Assembly (NCBI GenBank): GCA_951406725.2
Contig: OX597824.1
Location: 26,598,001 to 26,662,000 of the forward strand
Length of the DNA stretch: 64,000 bases
DNA from: Octopus vulgaris
Lineage: Eukaryota
Reading direction: 5' to 3'
Shown here: in pieces, positions 28,671 through 44,960 of the stretch
Numbering within the stretch: position 1 is the first letter of the stretch
Layout: each line of letters opens with the position of its first letter
Notes under the pieces: model-generated
The model's database searches: none
Seen by the model: only the letters and a program-made list of their open reading frames with translations
Told to the model about the DNA's origin: nothing
Position numbers and translations under genes: made by a program

Positions 28671-29622
28671 TATATATATATATGAGTGTGTGTGTGTGTG
28701 TGTATTGTATGATTACGTGATCGGATGTTGTTAGACATCGCTGATCACCATGCGGTTTACATTCTAATAGATTTCGAATGATGCGACCTTGATGTCTAAG
28801 TGAGCAGGTCAACATTCCTCTTGACCGGAAGGCTACTTGGTCGTAGGGTTACCCATTTACAGCTGAGTGGACTGATGCAACCGGAAATGAAGTGTTTTGC
28901 CCAAGAACACAACACACTGCTCGGTCCGGAAATCGAACTCCCGATCAACCGATCTTGAGTCATGAAATATTGAAGGAGTGGGTTAGTCGATAACAACGAT
29001 CCCAGGCTCAACTAGTCCTTATTTTATCGACTCCGAAAAGATGAAAGGTAAAGATATCTTAATTTCGTTTGTTAACCAGACGTTTAAAATATGTTAGCCA
29101 AACATTTTAAATATTTTAATTATCGACAAAGACTCAACGAAGATAGAAAGAACAGCATACGGAACTTTATTCGTGTCTTAGTTAAAAACAGACGCTGAAT
29201 TCGTGATTGTTGGAGAAATGTGAGTTTAATTGTATAGGAATTTTCTAGAGACTTATGTGATTACATCTTAGTTAAAAACGATGGCCTACCTACATACCTA
29301 TGTAATGCACGTTTTCTGTTTTTGCATTTGGTGTTACTTTTATTGGCGTTACTTATTTAGTTTATCTTATTCTAAAAACCAATCAAAACGTGCGCTACTT
29401 CCCAAGTGAGACGATTCACAACCAATCAAAAATATACATTTCTTATGAAATAATTCGTGACTTAAGAGTAAAGATTTACGTCGTTACGTGCCGAAAGGTG
29501 AAAACAAAGTGTCGCGCCTCTAAAATAAAATCGCGTCTTCAATTAAATATTTTGCGCGCATGTGTGTGTGTGTTTACATACATACATACATACATACGTA
29601 CGTACATACATACATACATACA

Positions 29623-29658
<36 letters not shown>

Positions 29659-29715
29659 TAATATAAATGATCTATCTATCTAGTTACATATACAAACATA
29701 CAGATCTTTGAGTAT

Positions 29716-29755
<40 letters not shown>

Positions 29756-29791
29756 CAAATATATATATATACATTATAGGTACATATATAT

Positions 29792-29831
<40 letters not shown>

Positions 29832-29938
29832 TTGTGTTTATGTATGTGAATATATATATATATATATATATACACATAATATACACACCTACACGCAACT
29901 AATGAGGCATTGACTTCGCCTGAGATCTTTGAGTGTAT

Positions 29939-29969
<31 letters not shown>

Positions 29970-30116
29970 GTGCAAATATATGTATGTATATATATATATG
30001 TATATATATATATGTATATGTATATGTATATGTATATATATATATAAATATATATATATGTGTATATGCATTTCATACGCATGCGTACATACTTGCATAC
30101 ATATATTATATGTATA

Positions 30117-30218
<102 letters not shown>

Positions 30219-31912
30219 GAATGGATATATAAATATGTACATGTATGCACACATACACACACACACACACAAACACACACGCATATATACATACTTATGA
30301 AAAGGATGTCAAATGGAGAACTGGGAATGTTTTGTTGGCGATAAACTTGCCATTGCTTCAATTTTTGCGAAAACCTCTAACAGCAAGAATTATCTAAGAA
30401 CTTTTTGTTCTTCACAAGAAGAAAACAGAAAAACATAGGAGACTCTAAAAAGCAAGACACCTTCGACAAAACCAACAATAACAACAACGACAACACCAAC
30501 ATGAACAGCGTCAGCAACAAGAAGAACAATAAGAAGACATCAAAGAATGTAGAATAACTTAATAAATAAAGCGAATGTCTCCGCCCATGCCCTTCCCCAC
30601 GCAGATTACCACCAACTTAACCCGCATATTTTAAAAGGAAATAGATAAGGAACGCCGTGAATACGATAAAACAGCTAATTTTTTTTCTTTCTCTCTGTCG
30701 GTACAAGAAGAAATCTCTCAATACACACGCACACATACATACACAACATACCACGATATCTCTAAGAACACCTCTCCTTTGTATAGAACTGTATCCAGCA
30801 CCTCCACCAATAGGACGACAACGACGACGACGAATACCAGCACCACCAGCACCACCAGCACCACCACCAGTACCACCATCACCACTATCACTATTACTGC
30901 CGTCGCCGACACTGCCACCGCCACTATCAATATTATCACGACTACATCCACCACCTTCATCACCGCCACAACAACCACCACTACCAGTAATATCACCACC
31001 ACCAACATCACCAGTTCGAGCAATACCACCCCCACTACTATCAAAGCATCTCCCACCACCACCATCATCATCATCACCACCACCTTCCCAAATACCTTTA
31101 CCACCACCACCACCACCACCACCACCACCACCACCACCATCACCACTATCACAATTACTGCCGCCGCCAACACTGCCACCGCCACTATCTCTATTACCAC
31201 GACTACATCCACCACCACCACCACCACCACCACCACCACCACCACCATCACCACCACCAAAGCATCTCCCACAACTACCATCACCACCACCACCACCACC
31301 ACCACCACCACCACTCTTATATATTCTTCTCCTCCGACTATCACCTTTTTTTTGTTTCGGATTGCTATGATTATTATTATTAATTTAAATACTTTATCTC
31401 ATGTCTTTGTCACCAACCACAACTATGAGATATGTTAAAAGTTGTTTTGTTTTTCTATTCCCTTGCTTAACATCTTCATCGAAATGTCGCCAGAACGGAG
31501 GTTTTCAGTCTGCCGTTTGGGACCTCGAATTCTCCTTACTTCTCTAGATTGTTTATCTTTTCTTTCGCATTTTGCTTGCTCTCCTGATCTTAGTCTTTTC
31601 CTTGTTTTAAGCATTCATGTTTTTTCAAACATGCTTTTATCTTACTGTTATATATATTTATTTATTTCTCTTCCGATTTTCCTTTTTATCCCCCTCCTCT
31701 CTTTTGTGCGGCTTATACAAAGATATAGGCGCAGGTATGGCTGTCTTCATTAAGATGGTCGGTGTACAGCTTCGAGGTTTCCGGTTCAGTCCCACAGCAC
31801 GGCACCTCGGGTAAGTGTTTTCTGTTATAGCTCCGAATTGATCAAATTATTCTGAGTGAAATTTAGAAAACAGAAACTGTCAAGATGCCACTCCCCCTCA
31901 GACACACACACA

Positions 31913-32051
<139 letters not shown>

Positions 32052-32187
32052 CTGTATATATATTTCGTTTTTGGATTTGATTTGAAGATTCTTTATCTGA
32101 GTTCGTGTGTTGAAGCATATGTTGTTGTGTCTGGGGAGGGTCATTCTCTTATTATTTAACACACTCACCGCTATATTTGCAACAAAA

Positions 32188-32255
<68 letters not shown>

Positions 32256-32497
32256 TCTGTATATATACACACATCTGTATGTATATATATATATATATAT
32301 ACATACACATATAACCTATTAATACATATGCTGTGTGTTGCATTCCATTGCTTAGTAAATGAAAAAGTGCGAAACAGGGTATTACCAATTGTTTGATAAT
32401 TGATGAAGAATCAAGAATCTTCTGTGTTTGTTTCCCGTGTGGCTGTACACACAGTATACGTTAAGTCATTTCTTTATTTAACATACGGTTTTTCATT

Positions 32498-32551
<54 letters not shown>

Positions 32552-32582
32552 TGTATAAGAGAACAAAGTGTACATACGCCGC

Positions 32583-32638
<56 letters not shown>

Positions 32639-32639
32639 T

Positions 32640-33264
32640 AACTACAAAATAGGACAAGAACGCAAAGCATCCGGTCAACAAGGTGATACAAAAAGAGACA
32701 ACAAAGCATCCATACAGACGATAAAAAGAAAACAAGGACAAGTCATTCAAAGTTTTCTATCTTCAGTCAAGAACCAGATTATCCTCGCAATTTCGACTGA
32801 TTATTCTTCAGATTGCTCCAATCTGGCCAACCTGAAGGAAAAACTAAGCTAAGAGCATTAGATTCCTTTGAAGAAAGCATCGAATGTATACAAAAAGGGA
32901 CGCAAAAAACGGACAATGTTACACAAATATAAATACAATAAAAAAAATACAATAAAATTAATAACAAGATGCTTCTACTTCTCTCTCTTCTCTTCCCCCT
33001 CCTTAATTCTTCTGTCCCTCTGCTTCTATTTCTCTCTCTTCTCTTCGCATGTGACCGATCGGCCAGCCTTCTCTTTCTTTCTGGGTCTGACCGTGGTCCG
33101 TGCAAATACGATATTCTTCCCTGTGTTTGTGACACATACGTATCTCTGCCGTAAGGCTTCATTTCCACATTCACTCTTAGTCGAAAGACACCTGTTGTTG
33201 TATCCTGTTATTATTGTATTTGTATTTCTGTTATTGTATTTATATTTGTGTAACATTGTCCGTT
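32640..33264. repeat. pLTR-like element with ~60-bp inverted repeat
   Basis: Arms 32908-32970 and 33202-33264 (AACGGACAATGTTACACAAATATAAATACAATA / reverse complement). A degenerate CTGAAGA...GAAA lies on minus at ~32785-32815. Confidence 0.6.
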
Positions 33265-34830
33265 ACGGTGCGATCATCATTGCAGACTCGGTCGACAGAT
33301 GGATCTGTCCCACACGTGACTGCAGCTGTTCGACATATCCCCGCAAGTTAGCATTGCCCGGACACTGAACGAGGGCGTGCAGAACAGTTTCTTCACTCTG
33401 CGTGCACCTCGGGTATACTGTCTGACAGCATATCTTTGCTTGTAGAGTTTATCTCGAACTGGTAGCACTACTAGTCCGAGGATATCTGGAAATTATCATC
33501 GATATTTCCCGACTGGGAAAGTCTTCCGGAATAGAGTAGCCAGTTCGTTCTCTTCTGCACTCAGAGTTTCCCCGAGAACGTCGTCGCAATTCTCCGCCAC
33601 TATTTCTCTATAAATATCTAAAGTGGAACATCCACCGATCCTATTGCCCAACTGGTAGAGGGCTGTGAGCGCCTGAGATTATTCTAGGTGCCAGGCGCAC
33701 AGTCTCGATCTTTTCTTCACCCAGGCCTCCAACTCTGTCAAGGAGACGAGCTGTAGAAAGACGAGCCGCACAAATGGAGCCCACACACGCTCACCATATG
33801 TGTATATATATATGTAGGTGGCATAACCTAACTGTCTGTCTGCGCATTAGGAGACACGGCATACCTAATCCGCCGCTCAGAGTGTGCTGGCAACAAACTG
33901 ACTGCCTGACCATTGGAACGCGTGTCTTCCACAAGAATTTAAATAAGAGACGCTCCAACCTGGTCAAGCAGTAAGCGTACACGACAGTCAAGCGTTAAAT
34001 GATAATGGAGGCGATGTGATCATTCACCATCTCTGCTCGAGCTTTCAGGGACAGCTTCCTCTCAGCCCGTTTCTGGGTATGACTGGCTACCCTGTTCGCC
34101 ACCTCGTCCCAGTGCTTATCAACCTGGACGTTGGGATCAAACCAGATCTCGAGCAGTTTAACTGGTTCATTGGTTCAGCGTCCGACGACGCCGTCCAATG
34201 GCATAGTCCTGCCTCTCCAGGAGCCCAGCCGTAAACCCACCGATCGGTCGGCGTTGATTTCCGGCCCAGAAACCGATTCATATTCATTTAAGATGGTGCC
34301 GACCGTCTCCACATCTGAGACGTCCGACCCCATACCGGTGATGTCGTCCGCGTATGCCGACATGGCTCTTCCTTGTCCCAGTTCGAAAGGGATGCCCCTT
34401 AGCTGTTCCAACTTCTGCAGCAGTGGCTCGAGTGCCAATACATACAGATAAAGCGATAGCGGTCAGCCTTGAAGGATGGGGCGTACGAGGCCAAACGGCT
34501 GCGCTAGGTGGCCGTTTACTTTGATCACTGTACAGATGCCGCTGTACATTGCAGCGATCCAGCCTCAGAAAGCGCATCCGAAACTGCCTGCATTCAAGGC
34601 GGCTTCCAAGTAGCGATGGTCGACCCTATCGAATGCTTTTGATTGATCCAAATTGATCAGAGTATCTCCGAAGCTAGCTTTGGTCTCAGCCCTGTATATG
34701 ATGTATATGAAGGTGGAGGTTGTCATGGATAGATCTGCTCGGGATTGCGCACGTTCGCGTTTCTCTGACCAGGCTACCAGCGACGAGCGTAAGCCTTTTT
34801 GCTAAGACCTTGGCAAAAATCCTAAACTCA

Positions 34831-34833
<3 letters not shown>
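33265..34833 (-). mobile_element. L1/Tx1-clade LINE ORF2 remnant
   Basis: FAKVLAKRL, LDQSKAFDRVDH, LALEPLL..SAYADDIT, FLWK..GGLGMP, and a C-terminal CPRC..ETVLHALVQC zinc knuckle. Frameshifted; its 5' break lies in (TA)n. Confidence 0.88.
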
Positions 34834-34904
<71 letters not shown>

Positions 34905-35184
34905 TATATTTACATACACCCATGTTTCCAGTTCTATTTTTGGTATTTGTATTATCAAAGTTATATGTATGTATGTATTGTGTGTATGTATGTATGTATG
35001 TATGTATGTATGTATTGTGTGTGTATGTATGTGTGTGTATGTATGTATGTATGTATGTATGTATGTATGTATGTATGTATGCATGCATGTATGTATCTAT
35101 GTATGTAGGCATGCATGTATATGTATATATACAATTATAGGTACAAGGAAAGGTCAAGGTCTGCAAGAAGCAGACAACTGTATA

Positions 35185-35235
<51 letters not shown>

Positions 35236-35721
35236 TACATATACTCGTATATGTCCATATATGTATAAATATATCTATACATGCATGAGAAAATAGACAT
35301 GTATATAAATATTACTTGAAGGTCAAGAGGAAGAATTACTAAAGAGAAGTTGTTCTTCCAACATGTTTGCTTTGAACGACGTAAAAGGAAAGTAATAAAT
35401 TCAAAATGTCTTGTGTTAAACTTTTAATTTTTTACTTATAATCCACTGAGAAGTACAAAAAGACAATATAGGATAATAATAAGCATGGACTTTGACAGAA
35501 ACAACTGTCTGGGATAAATGAGTAAATGAAAAATCCATCATGAATATCAAAATCTGTTTCATTTTATTTTATGCGATATGACATTTATTGAACTCTGTTT
35601 AATGAATTAATTCTTATAATGATTATTTGCTTATATATACATACATACGTACGTACATGCATACATACATACATACATACATACATACATACATACATAC
35701 ATACATACATACATACAATAC

Positions 35722-35758
<37 letters not shown>

Positions 35759-35790
35759 CGCACGCATACAGACACATATACATACATACA

Positions 35791-35850
<60 letters not shown>

Positions 35851-35853
<3 letters not shown>

Positions 35854-36039
35854 GAAATTTACAGAAAGACAAAAGATGAAGACAGGTGTATAAAGTAGAA
35901 GCAGGTGTGTTAGTTTGACGCTCGGGAAGGTGAAAAAGTCTTTTACGTTTCGAGCCTACGCTCTTCTACAGAAAGAAACACGATGAAATCAACAGAGAGA
36001 GAGAATAAAAAAAAACTTGTGGAGTTAGCGGTCAATCAT
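35851..36039 (-). mobile_element. Family C hammerhead element
   Basis: Reverse complement of the 1391-1590 unit. Motif cttt-CTGTAGA-A-GAGC-gtag-GCTC-GAAAC-GTA-aaag at 35940-35975. Confidence 0.75.
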
Positions 36040-36099
36040 ACACACACACAGATACACACACACACATACACGCGCGCACATAAACACACATATACATAC

Positions 36100-36151
<52 letters not shown>

Positions 36152-36921
36152 GACGTGGTTCCCCATAGTTTTCTTCAACTAAATTCATTTGATAAGGCAG
36201 TGGTAAAACATACTTGCCCAAGGTGCCCTCTGCGAAATCTGAACCCGAAGTTACGTGGTTACAAAGCGAACTTCTTAACCACGCAACTACGGACAACATT
36301 ATCCAATATGTCCTTCGGTCTTTCAGAAGGTACGGTGTTATATAAAAAGGTATTTGGGTGTGATATCGAGCTGGTCAATTTACCACATAAAAAGCCTAAG
36401 TTGGCTCGTTATAGATGTTGTTGTCGTTGTTGTTGTTGCTGTTGATAAGGCGGCGTTGCAATTACAGCTGCTTTGTTATTATTATCGCTGTTACTTTTGT
36501 TGTTGTTATTATTATGGTTGTTGCAATATTTCTGCTGCTGCGACTGCTGCTGCTGCTGTCATTTTAGATGTCATTGTTATTATTCTTGATGTTGTTGTTG
36601 CTTTCGTTGTTGGTAATGATACTGATAGTACTGTTGTTGTTGTTGATGGTGTTGTTGCTGCTGTTTTTGCCGATGTCAATAGAGATGTCAACGCCACTGC
36701 TACAGATGATGATGATGATGGTGATGATGTTTTTGATGATGATGACGACGATGACGACGACGACGAAGATGATGATGATGATGATGATGATGATGGTAGC
36801 TGAAATTCAGTTATATATAAAAAAAAAGCCCGCGGCACTTTCTGTTATCTCCAAACCATTTGTAAAAATTTTGGGGAAGTGAATGAGAAAGAGGAGGAGA
36901 AAGAGAGAAAGAAAGAAAGAA

Positions 36922-36967
<46 letters not shown>

Positions 36968-37323
36968 AAGAGCGACAAAGAGGAAAAGATAATAAATGAA
37001 CAATAAAAAAAAATACCTATATAATATAATATAAACAGGTAAAGAAAGAATCAACGAAAATTGCCAAAATAAAACGAAACACACACGAAAAAATTCTCCC
37101 CCCTACCAAGAAAAAAAAAAGGCTGAAAAACAAAACAAAAATAATATACAGACTAAAAACATACAGAAAAAAATGACAAAGAATGTAAAAAAAAAAAAAG
37201 ATAACTAAATAAAAGTATGGAGGGCGGTCGTTGTGATAAAATGCTAAATTCTTCAGTCTTATCTATTATATTTAGATGGTTTGTCTTTCTTGTTTCACTT
37301 TTGATATCACCTTTTATTATTAC

Positions 37324-37373
<50 letters not shown>

Positions 37374-37457
37374 GTGTTGTTGTTATTTTGTCGGGAGGAG
37401 AACTATCTTGAGTGAGTCTATTGTCGTGTCGTTTAACTTTTTCCTAGTCATCGCCGC

Positions 37458-37489
<32 letters not shown>

Positions 37490-38021
37490 CCACCGCCACC
37501 GCCGCTGTTTATCGACAACGTCGACGTTGCTGTTTTGCTGTTTGTTGGTGTCGTCAGCGCTGTTTTGTTATTGCCGTAGCTGATATTGCGGCTCTTGTTC
37601 CGTTTTTGCTGATAGTGTTGCTGCTGCTGCTTGTAATCGTTGTTGGAGGTGTTGTTGTTGTTGTTGTTGTTGTTGTTGTCGTCGTCGTTGCTGTTGTTCA
37701 TTTCTCATTCTATTATCCCCATACTGAACGGATAAGCGTTTGATGGTTGTGAAAATAGTTGTCTCTCTTTGCGATATGCAAGCTTTACACCTTAGCTTTT
37801 ACTGATGGTCGAATAATTGGTCACACAGAACTATCAGCAAACGTTTTTTTTCGCTATGTCCTTCTGATCTTGTGGTCTCTATTCAATGATTATTTGGTTC
37901 GGTTATTCTTTATCAATACACTTTGTGTTAGATTTTTGTTATTTTTTTCTTTTGGAAGCAACTTTTTTTATATTACTTTTTGCATTTTCACCTTTTCAAA
38001 ACTATACAGGAATGTGTTGCA

Positions 38022-38099
<78 letters not shown>

Positions 38100-38316
38100 A
38101 TGTGCGTGTATGTGTATACTCTCATATCACTAAAAGCACTAAACATCTCCTTAATATGCAAATACACTCCTCCCAATATACACACACACACATATATATA
38201 TACATACTCTTAAGTGTGTAGATATATATATAAAAATTATATATAAATATATCTATGCATGTGATAAACATACATACATTTGTATATAAATATATATGTA
38301 TATGTATATTTACATG

Positions 38317-38364
<48 letters not shown>

Positions 38365-39008
38365 CATTTGTCTCCTGTGTGTATATATATATACGCACAC
38401 ACACACACACACAAGCATCTTAAAATCTATGTGTATACATGAAAGCAAAATGGCTGGGTAGATATAAGATTCGGAATGATGGCTGATGGTTCGAGGGTTC
38501 TAATACTGCTGAAGGCACAAGACCACCATTTTTTTTTTGTCGCCGAAAGTGATATTGTTGATTTCGACACACCATGGTTGATGCATGTTAAAATTTTTGT
38601 TGCTTTATGTATGTAGAATATCATCGGGGTCTAAGAGTGTGGTCTGGTTTAGTATAATTTTTTTTTTTGGTAATCAATATGGGCCTTGCTAAAATTTGTT
38701 GTCCTTCTTTTCGCTACAATAATCAGTGAAAGCGAATGACCTTGCGATGGTTTCATTAATACGTTGCAGTCATGGTAGCGAAATTGTGGTCACGATTCCC
38801 GGATCGAGTGATGTGTTATGTTCTTGAGTAAAGCACTGTATTTCACTCAGTTATAAAAGTGCAACTCTGCGATGGACGAGCTTTCGTTCAAAGCGAATGT
38901 TGTGATCTCAGTCACTAAAACGCCATGAAAGCTAGGTTACCCACCCTATGATTTGTAGGACTCAAGACTGTTCTTTATTTTAATTTACTGTACAGTAATA
39001 TAAACACA

Positions 39009-39397
39009 CTAGCAGTATCACCCGGTGTTGCTCACGTCTGTTTCTACCCTTTAAAATTGGAATTTTTGAAAAGTAAAAAGTTTGCATTATGTAGCTTGTT
39101 ATTCTCTTTAAGTGAACATTTTTCTGGTTGAAACACACCGAAAAATGGCGACACAACAGTAAATAAATCGTAAAAAATAGGGATTTTCATAGAAAAAACC
39201 CATCTTTTTGATGTAAATAATTTTCGGTGTTAACATGGTCCGATTTGAATTTTTTCTTCTACGGAAAGAAGAGCAAGCCTTCTATCATACTCTCAATTTT
39301 GATCAACTTGCGCCGCTAGGTCTCGGAGGAGATAGTGTTAGTTGAAGGCTACCAAACCTGCCATACACAGACAACTTTAGCTTTATATAGATATAGA
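39009..39397 (-). mobile_element. Non-autonomous Helitron
   Basis: The minus strand begins A|TCTATATCTATATAAAG and ends with a degenerate GC-rich hairpin followed by CTAG|T. No TSD. Confidence 0.75.
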
Positions 39398-39724
39398 TTA
39401 ATGTAAAGGAAACCGGAGTAAGTTCCGGTCTTATAAAAGAGGTAAGTTTAAAGATATGCTATTGACGCTGTAGTATGTAAAGGCGCGTAGTCTGGTGATT
39501 AGGGCACTCCCCATACTATCGCAAGAGAGCGTGGTTTCGATTCCCGGATCAGGTGACGTGTTGAGTGTTTGGGCCAAGCAATTCTTTTCCCGTTCCTCCG
39601 GTCCACTAAGCTGCAAGTGAGTAACACTGCAACGGACGAGCCTCAAGTTCAGAGGCATGTCGGAATCTCGCTCACGCCATGAGTAACTCATCTTATGAGT
39701 TCTAGGATTTGAATCAAATGACTA

Positions 39725-40140
39725 TTTACTCTTTACTCTTTTCTTTTACTTGTTTCAGTCATTTGACTGCGGCCATGCTGGAGCACCGCCTTTAGTCGAG
39801 CAAATCGACCCCGGGACTTATTCTTTGTAAGCCCAGTACTTATTCTATCGGTCTCTTTTGCCGAACCGCTAAGTGACGGGGATGTAAACACACCAGCATC
39901 AGTTGTCAAGCAATGCTAGGGGGACAAACACAGACACACAAACACACACATACATATACATATATATATACATATATCCGACAGGCTTCTTTCAGTTTCC
40001 GTCTACCAAATCCACTCACAAGGCTTTGGTCGGCCCGAGGCTATAGTAGAAGACACTTGCCCAAGGTGCCACGCAGTGGGACTGAACCCGGAACCATGCG
40101 GTTGGTAAACAAACTACTTACCACACAGCCACTCCTGCGC
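39725..40140 (-). mobile_element. SINE family A, close to consensus
   Basis: Full reverse-complement match to 97-503, including the (TACTCTT)n tail. Confidence 0.9.
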
Positions 40141-40580
40141 TATATAATATATAAAAGAATCATTAGCTGTTCTTTACAGCTTCACATTCTCTCTGCTCCT
40201 GTTGTAATAGCATTTTGATCTGCAGATATTACCACTGGCGTGATTGTGTGATAAGAAGGTTGCTTCCCAACTACATGGTTTCAGGTTCAGTCCCATTGGA
40301 TGTTTTCTACTATTGCCTCGGACCGACCAAAGACTTATCAGTGGATTTTGTAAATGGAAAGTAAAAGAACACCGTTATGTGACCTCGTGTGTACCGTTGT
40401 CGATTTTTTTTCTCTGTCTTCCCTTCTCTGGATCTTTCCTTCCCCTATGTTTCCAACGAAGAGCTCCGCTCGAAACGTTAAACCCTCCTTCTTTCCTTCT
40501 TTCCTGAGCGTCCAATAATACTATATTTGTTCCACGTCCACGCGTTGTTGTGTTTTTTGTGCTCTCTTGTTTGGATTAAC

Positions 40581-40654
<74 letters not shown>

Positions 40655-40657
<3 letters not shown>

Positions 40658-40760
40658 GGGTTGGACAAAATAATGGAAACACCTAGCATCATAGCATCAT
40701 AATTTTGAAATAACTATAAAACCATCAAAAACTTGTTTATTTTTATGTTTTTTTAAAATT
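40655..40760 (+). mobile_element. Tc1-like terminal fragment
   Basis: TA|CATGGGTTGGACAAAATAATGGAAACACC resembles a Tc1 TIR inserted in (TA)n. The partner TIR was not seen. Confidence 0.4.
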
Positions 40761-41019
40761 TAATATTAGTGTTGCAGTTAAGTGCAGGGGACGATATAAT
40801 CAACAACTCGCGCGAAGACTGCGGTCAGAATCGTTTGCAATCAGAACAAAATATTTAGTGACATTTCGTCTCTCATCACGTTGAATTCAAATACCGTCGT
40901 GGTGACTTTGTCTTCTCATTTTTTGGGGATCGTAGACGTAAATCCCAGTCAAGTGCTACGGCCGATATAATAGACTTTCTCATCCCTGAAATTGCTGGCC
41001 TTGTGCCAAAATTTGAAAT

Positions 41020-41370
<351 letters not shown>

Positions 41371-41833
41371 GTGAGAAGGCAGTGCATGCCATCAAAGTGA
41401 CACTGGGGTAAAATATATACGAAGCCCAGTATACCCATCATGACTACCCGTCTGAGAAGGGTACACCAGGCACATGCATCACTATCATTGTCGTCGTCGT
41501 CGTCATCGACAACATCATCATCATCATTATTATCATCACCAGCACCAGCACCAGCACCACCACCAGCACTAGCACCAGCACCAGCACCACCACTACCACC
41601 ACCACCACCACCGCCGCCACGACCAAAACCACCACCAACATCATCATCATCATCATCCTCATCATCATCCTTTTCTTTCTCCTCATTATCAGGGTCATCA
41701 TCTTGCACATCAGAGTTGTTATTTGAGCCCTACAAACATTTTGTAGGCAAAGTTTTTCCTAATAATTAAAATTTTAAACAAACCTTTATATTTGTTTAAT
41801 GATAATAATAATAACAACAACAACAACAACAAC

Positions 41834-41901
<68 letters not shown>

Positions 41902-41931
41902 TAATAATAATAATAATGATAATAATAATAA

Positions 41932-41996
<65 letters not shown>

Positions 41997-42553
41997 TTAT
42001 TCCAGGCACTATATTTTTTGTTTTTAATCTCATTTATTTAATTTTGGTAAATTTTAAATATTTGTATCTATTTATATTGTTGTGCATCTTCCTTCCACCA
42101 GGGGACGTTGATGTCGTAAACGGAAGCTTTGTTTAAAAACCATAAGACGCATCTCTCTATGGGAACTCCGCAAAAATTAATTTTAAGACAAAAATTCAAA
42201 CCTTGAAGCGTTGAGAAATACGAAAAAAATAAGTAAAAATAACCAAAAAAGAAAGAAAAGCAAAAAACAAACCGAAAATAATTTATACTGACGCAGAATT
42301 TTTTTCCCTCATTTCTTTCAAATTTTGTTGGTTCCACTAAATTCCATCATCATCGTCATCAATATTGCCTTCATCTCACCACCACTGTCATCACCGACGA
42401 CAAGAACACCAAAGCCATAACCCTAACCCTAGCCACCACCACAACCACCACCATTATCGTCATCTCTATCATCATTAGAACTACTCTCATAGCCATCATC
42501 ATCATCATCACCGTCGACGTCATCGTCGTCGTTGTCGTCGTCATCATCGGCAC

Positions 42554-42584
<31 letters not shown>

Positions 42585-43172
42585 TTCATCATGTCATCTT
42601 CATCCATCAGCATTATCATAATTACTTTCCACCACCACCATAACCCCCACCACCACCACCACCACCACTACCTCCACACCACGACCACCACCACCACAAA
42701 CACCACCACCATCACCATCACCACCATCACCACCACACCACAACACAACCACCACCACCACCACCACCATCACCACCATCACCACCACTACCACAACACA
42801 ACCCCCCCCCCCATCACCCACACCACCAACACACCACGCCACCCTCCTCCTCCCCTCCTCCTCCCCCCATCATCATTATTAGCAGCAGCAGCAGCAGCGA
42901 CACAATGACCTATAATATTAGTACTGTAGATGTGGTAAGAGGAATGATAGACGCTGTGGTTGCAATTAATTATTTAATCATTCATGTTGTTTATGTTGTT
43001 CTTAACTTTTGTTTCGCTTATTTCTTAAGAATCGTTTTTATTAAAAAATAAATAAAAGTACAAGTTTTTTTTAAATTTGGTATTTGTGTTTCAATGAAAT
43101 ATTACAAACAGGAAAAACCTTTCCAAATATTAAGAATATCTAAGTTCACATACATACAAACATAGACCAGAA

Positions 43173-43219
<47 letters not shown>

Positions 43220-43417
43220 AGACAGACAGACACACAGGCAAATAAACAAACACATAAATATGCATAAATATGCAAATGTATACACACATACATAAATGCA
43301 TGTATATATATATACATATACACACATATATTCATATATATATACATATATATACGTATATGTACGTATAAATATACATGTATGCATACTTACGCATTTG
43401 TATATATGATATAATTA

Positions 43418-43459
<42 letters not shown>

Positions 43460-43676
43460 TACATATACATATTAATATATAATATATATATGTGTGCGTA
43501 TATGTATATGTGTGTGTGTGTGTATACACTTCCACTTAACCGCGCACACACGTGTACATATATACTGATACACATACACACACACACACACACACATGTA
43601 TATATATATATATATATATATATACATACACACATGCAAACACACCCTAATATATGTATACATATATTAATAGATA

Positions 43677-43740
<64 letters not shown>

Positions 43741-43973
43741 TATATGATGATGATGGTGAGAGAAAAAGATATGCATACGTAGATGCATAGATACATAGAT
43801 AAGAATGTATAATTAGCCCCGAATGTCATAGCGAAACATTATTTAGTTTTAATTAGTGAAAATGCTGAGTAATTAAAATAAAGTGTTATACTGCACTTCA
43901 GAGACAGATGAAGTCTCTTCAAATCATAGAATTCCAAAAATTTCCCATCTCTCTATCGATCTCGCTAGCTACG

Positions 43974-44059
<86 letters not shown>

Positions 44060-44400
44060 AAACATGTATCAATACATATGTACACATACATTTACACGTA
44101 TTTATGTAGGTATAAATATGAATATCTAAGTAGCTTGCTTCCGAAGTTGATGTTTCAGGGTTCAGACTCGCTGCGTAATGTTTTAGGCAAATGTCTTCTA
44201 GTATGGCATTAAGCTGACCAAAGCCTTGTGGGTGGAGTTGTGAACAAAACCGAAAAGAAACTCTTGCTATACACACACTGACGTACGGACGCACGCACAC
44301 ACACACACACACATGTATGCACGCACATATGTGTGTATATCTTTTATCTTCCACTGGTTTCAGCCTAGGGCTGGGGTCACGCTGGTGCACCACCTATATT

Positions 44401-44597
44401 CGCCATGTTAGATCAGTAGCCACTACACAGATTTTTCTCTTCTTTTTTCTCTCCTTGTTTCGTTCTGAGTTCCTTTCTGTGGAAGAGAGTAGGCTCCAAA
44501 CGTTAAAGACTTTTTCAATTCCCAAGCGTTAAACTAATACATCTGTTTGTTTTCTATAACACCTGTCTTCGTCTTTTGTTTTTTGCATGAATTCTTC

Positions 44598-44599
<2 letters not shown>
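44401..44599 (+). mobile_element. Family C hammerhead element (degenerate core)
   Basis: Same unit. Motif cttt-CTGTGGA-A-GAGA-gtag-GCTC-CAAAC-GTT-aaag at 44473-44508. Confidence 0.7.
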
Positions 44600-44660
<61 letters not shown>

Positions 44661-44689
44661 GTGTGTGTATATAATATATTTATGGAGGT

Positions 44690-44843
44690 ATAGTCGTGGG
44701 TGTGTGGTAAGATGCTTGCTTCCCAACCACAGGATTCTGGGATCAGTCCCACTACGTGTAATCTTGCTAAATTGTTCTCTACTATATCCCCGCGCCGACG
44801 AAAGCCTTGAATTTAGTAGATGGAAACCGAAAAAAGCCCGGTG

Positions 44844-44877
<34 letters not shown>

Positions 44878-44927
44878 TGTATGTATGTATGTATGTATGT
44901 ATGTATGCATGTATGTATATATATGTG

Positions 44928-44960
<33 letters not shown>

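Noticed and set aside
29378-29430. Paired CCAAT boxes as a promoter
   Set aside because: No associated gene or other support; such motifs are common in repeats.
30657-31438. Mucin-like (Thr-rich) or extensin/formin-like (Pro-rich) ORFs
   Set aside because: These come from an (ACC)n-derived tract with a local duplication that is open in several frames on both strands, with no splice or domain evidence.
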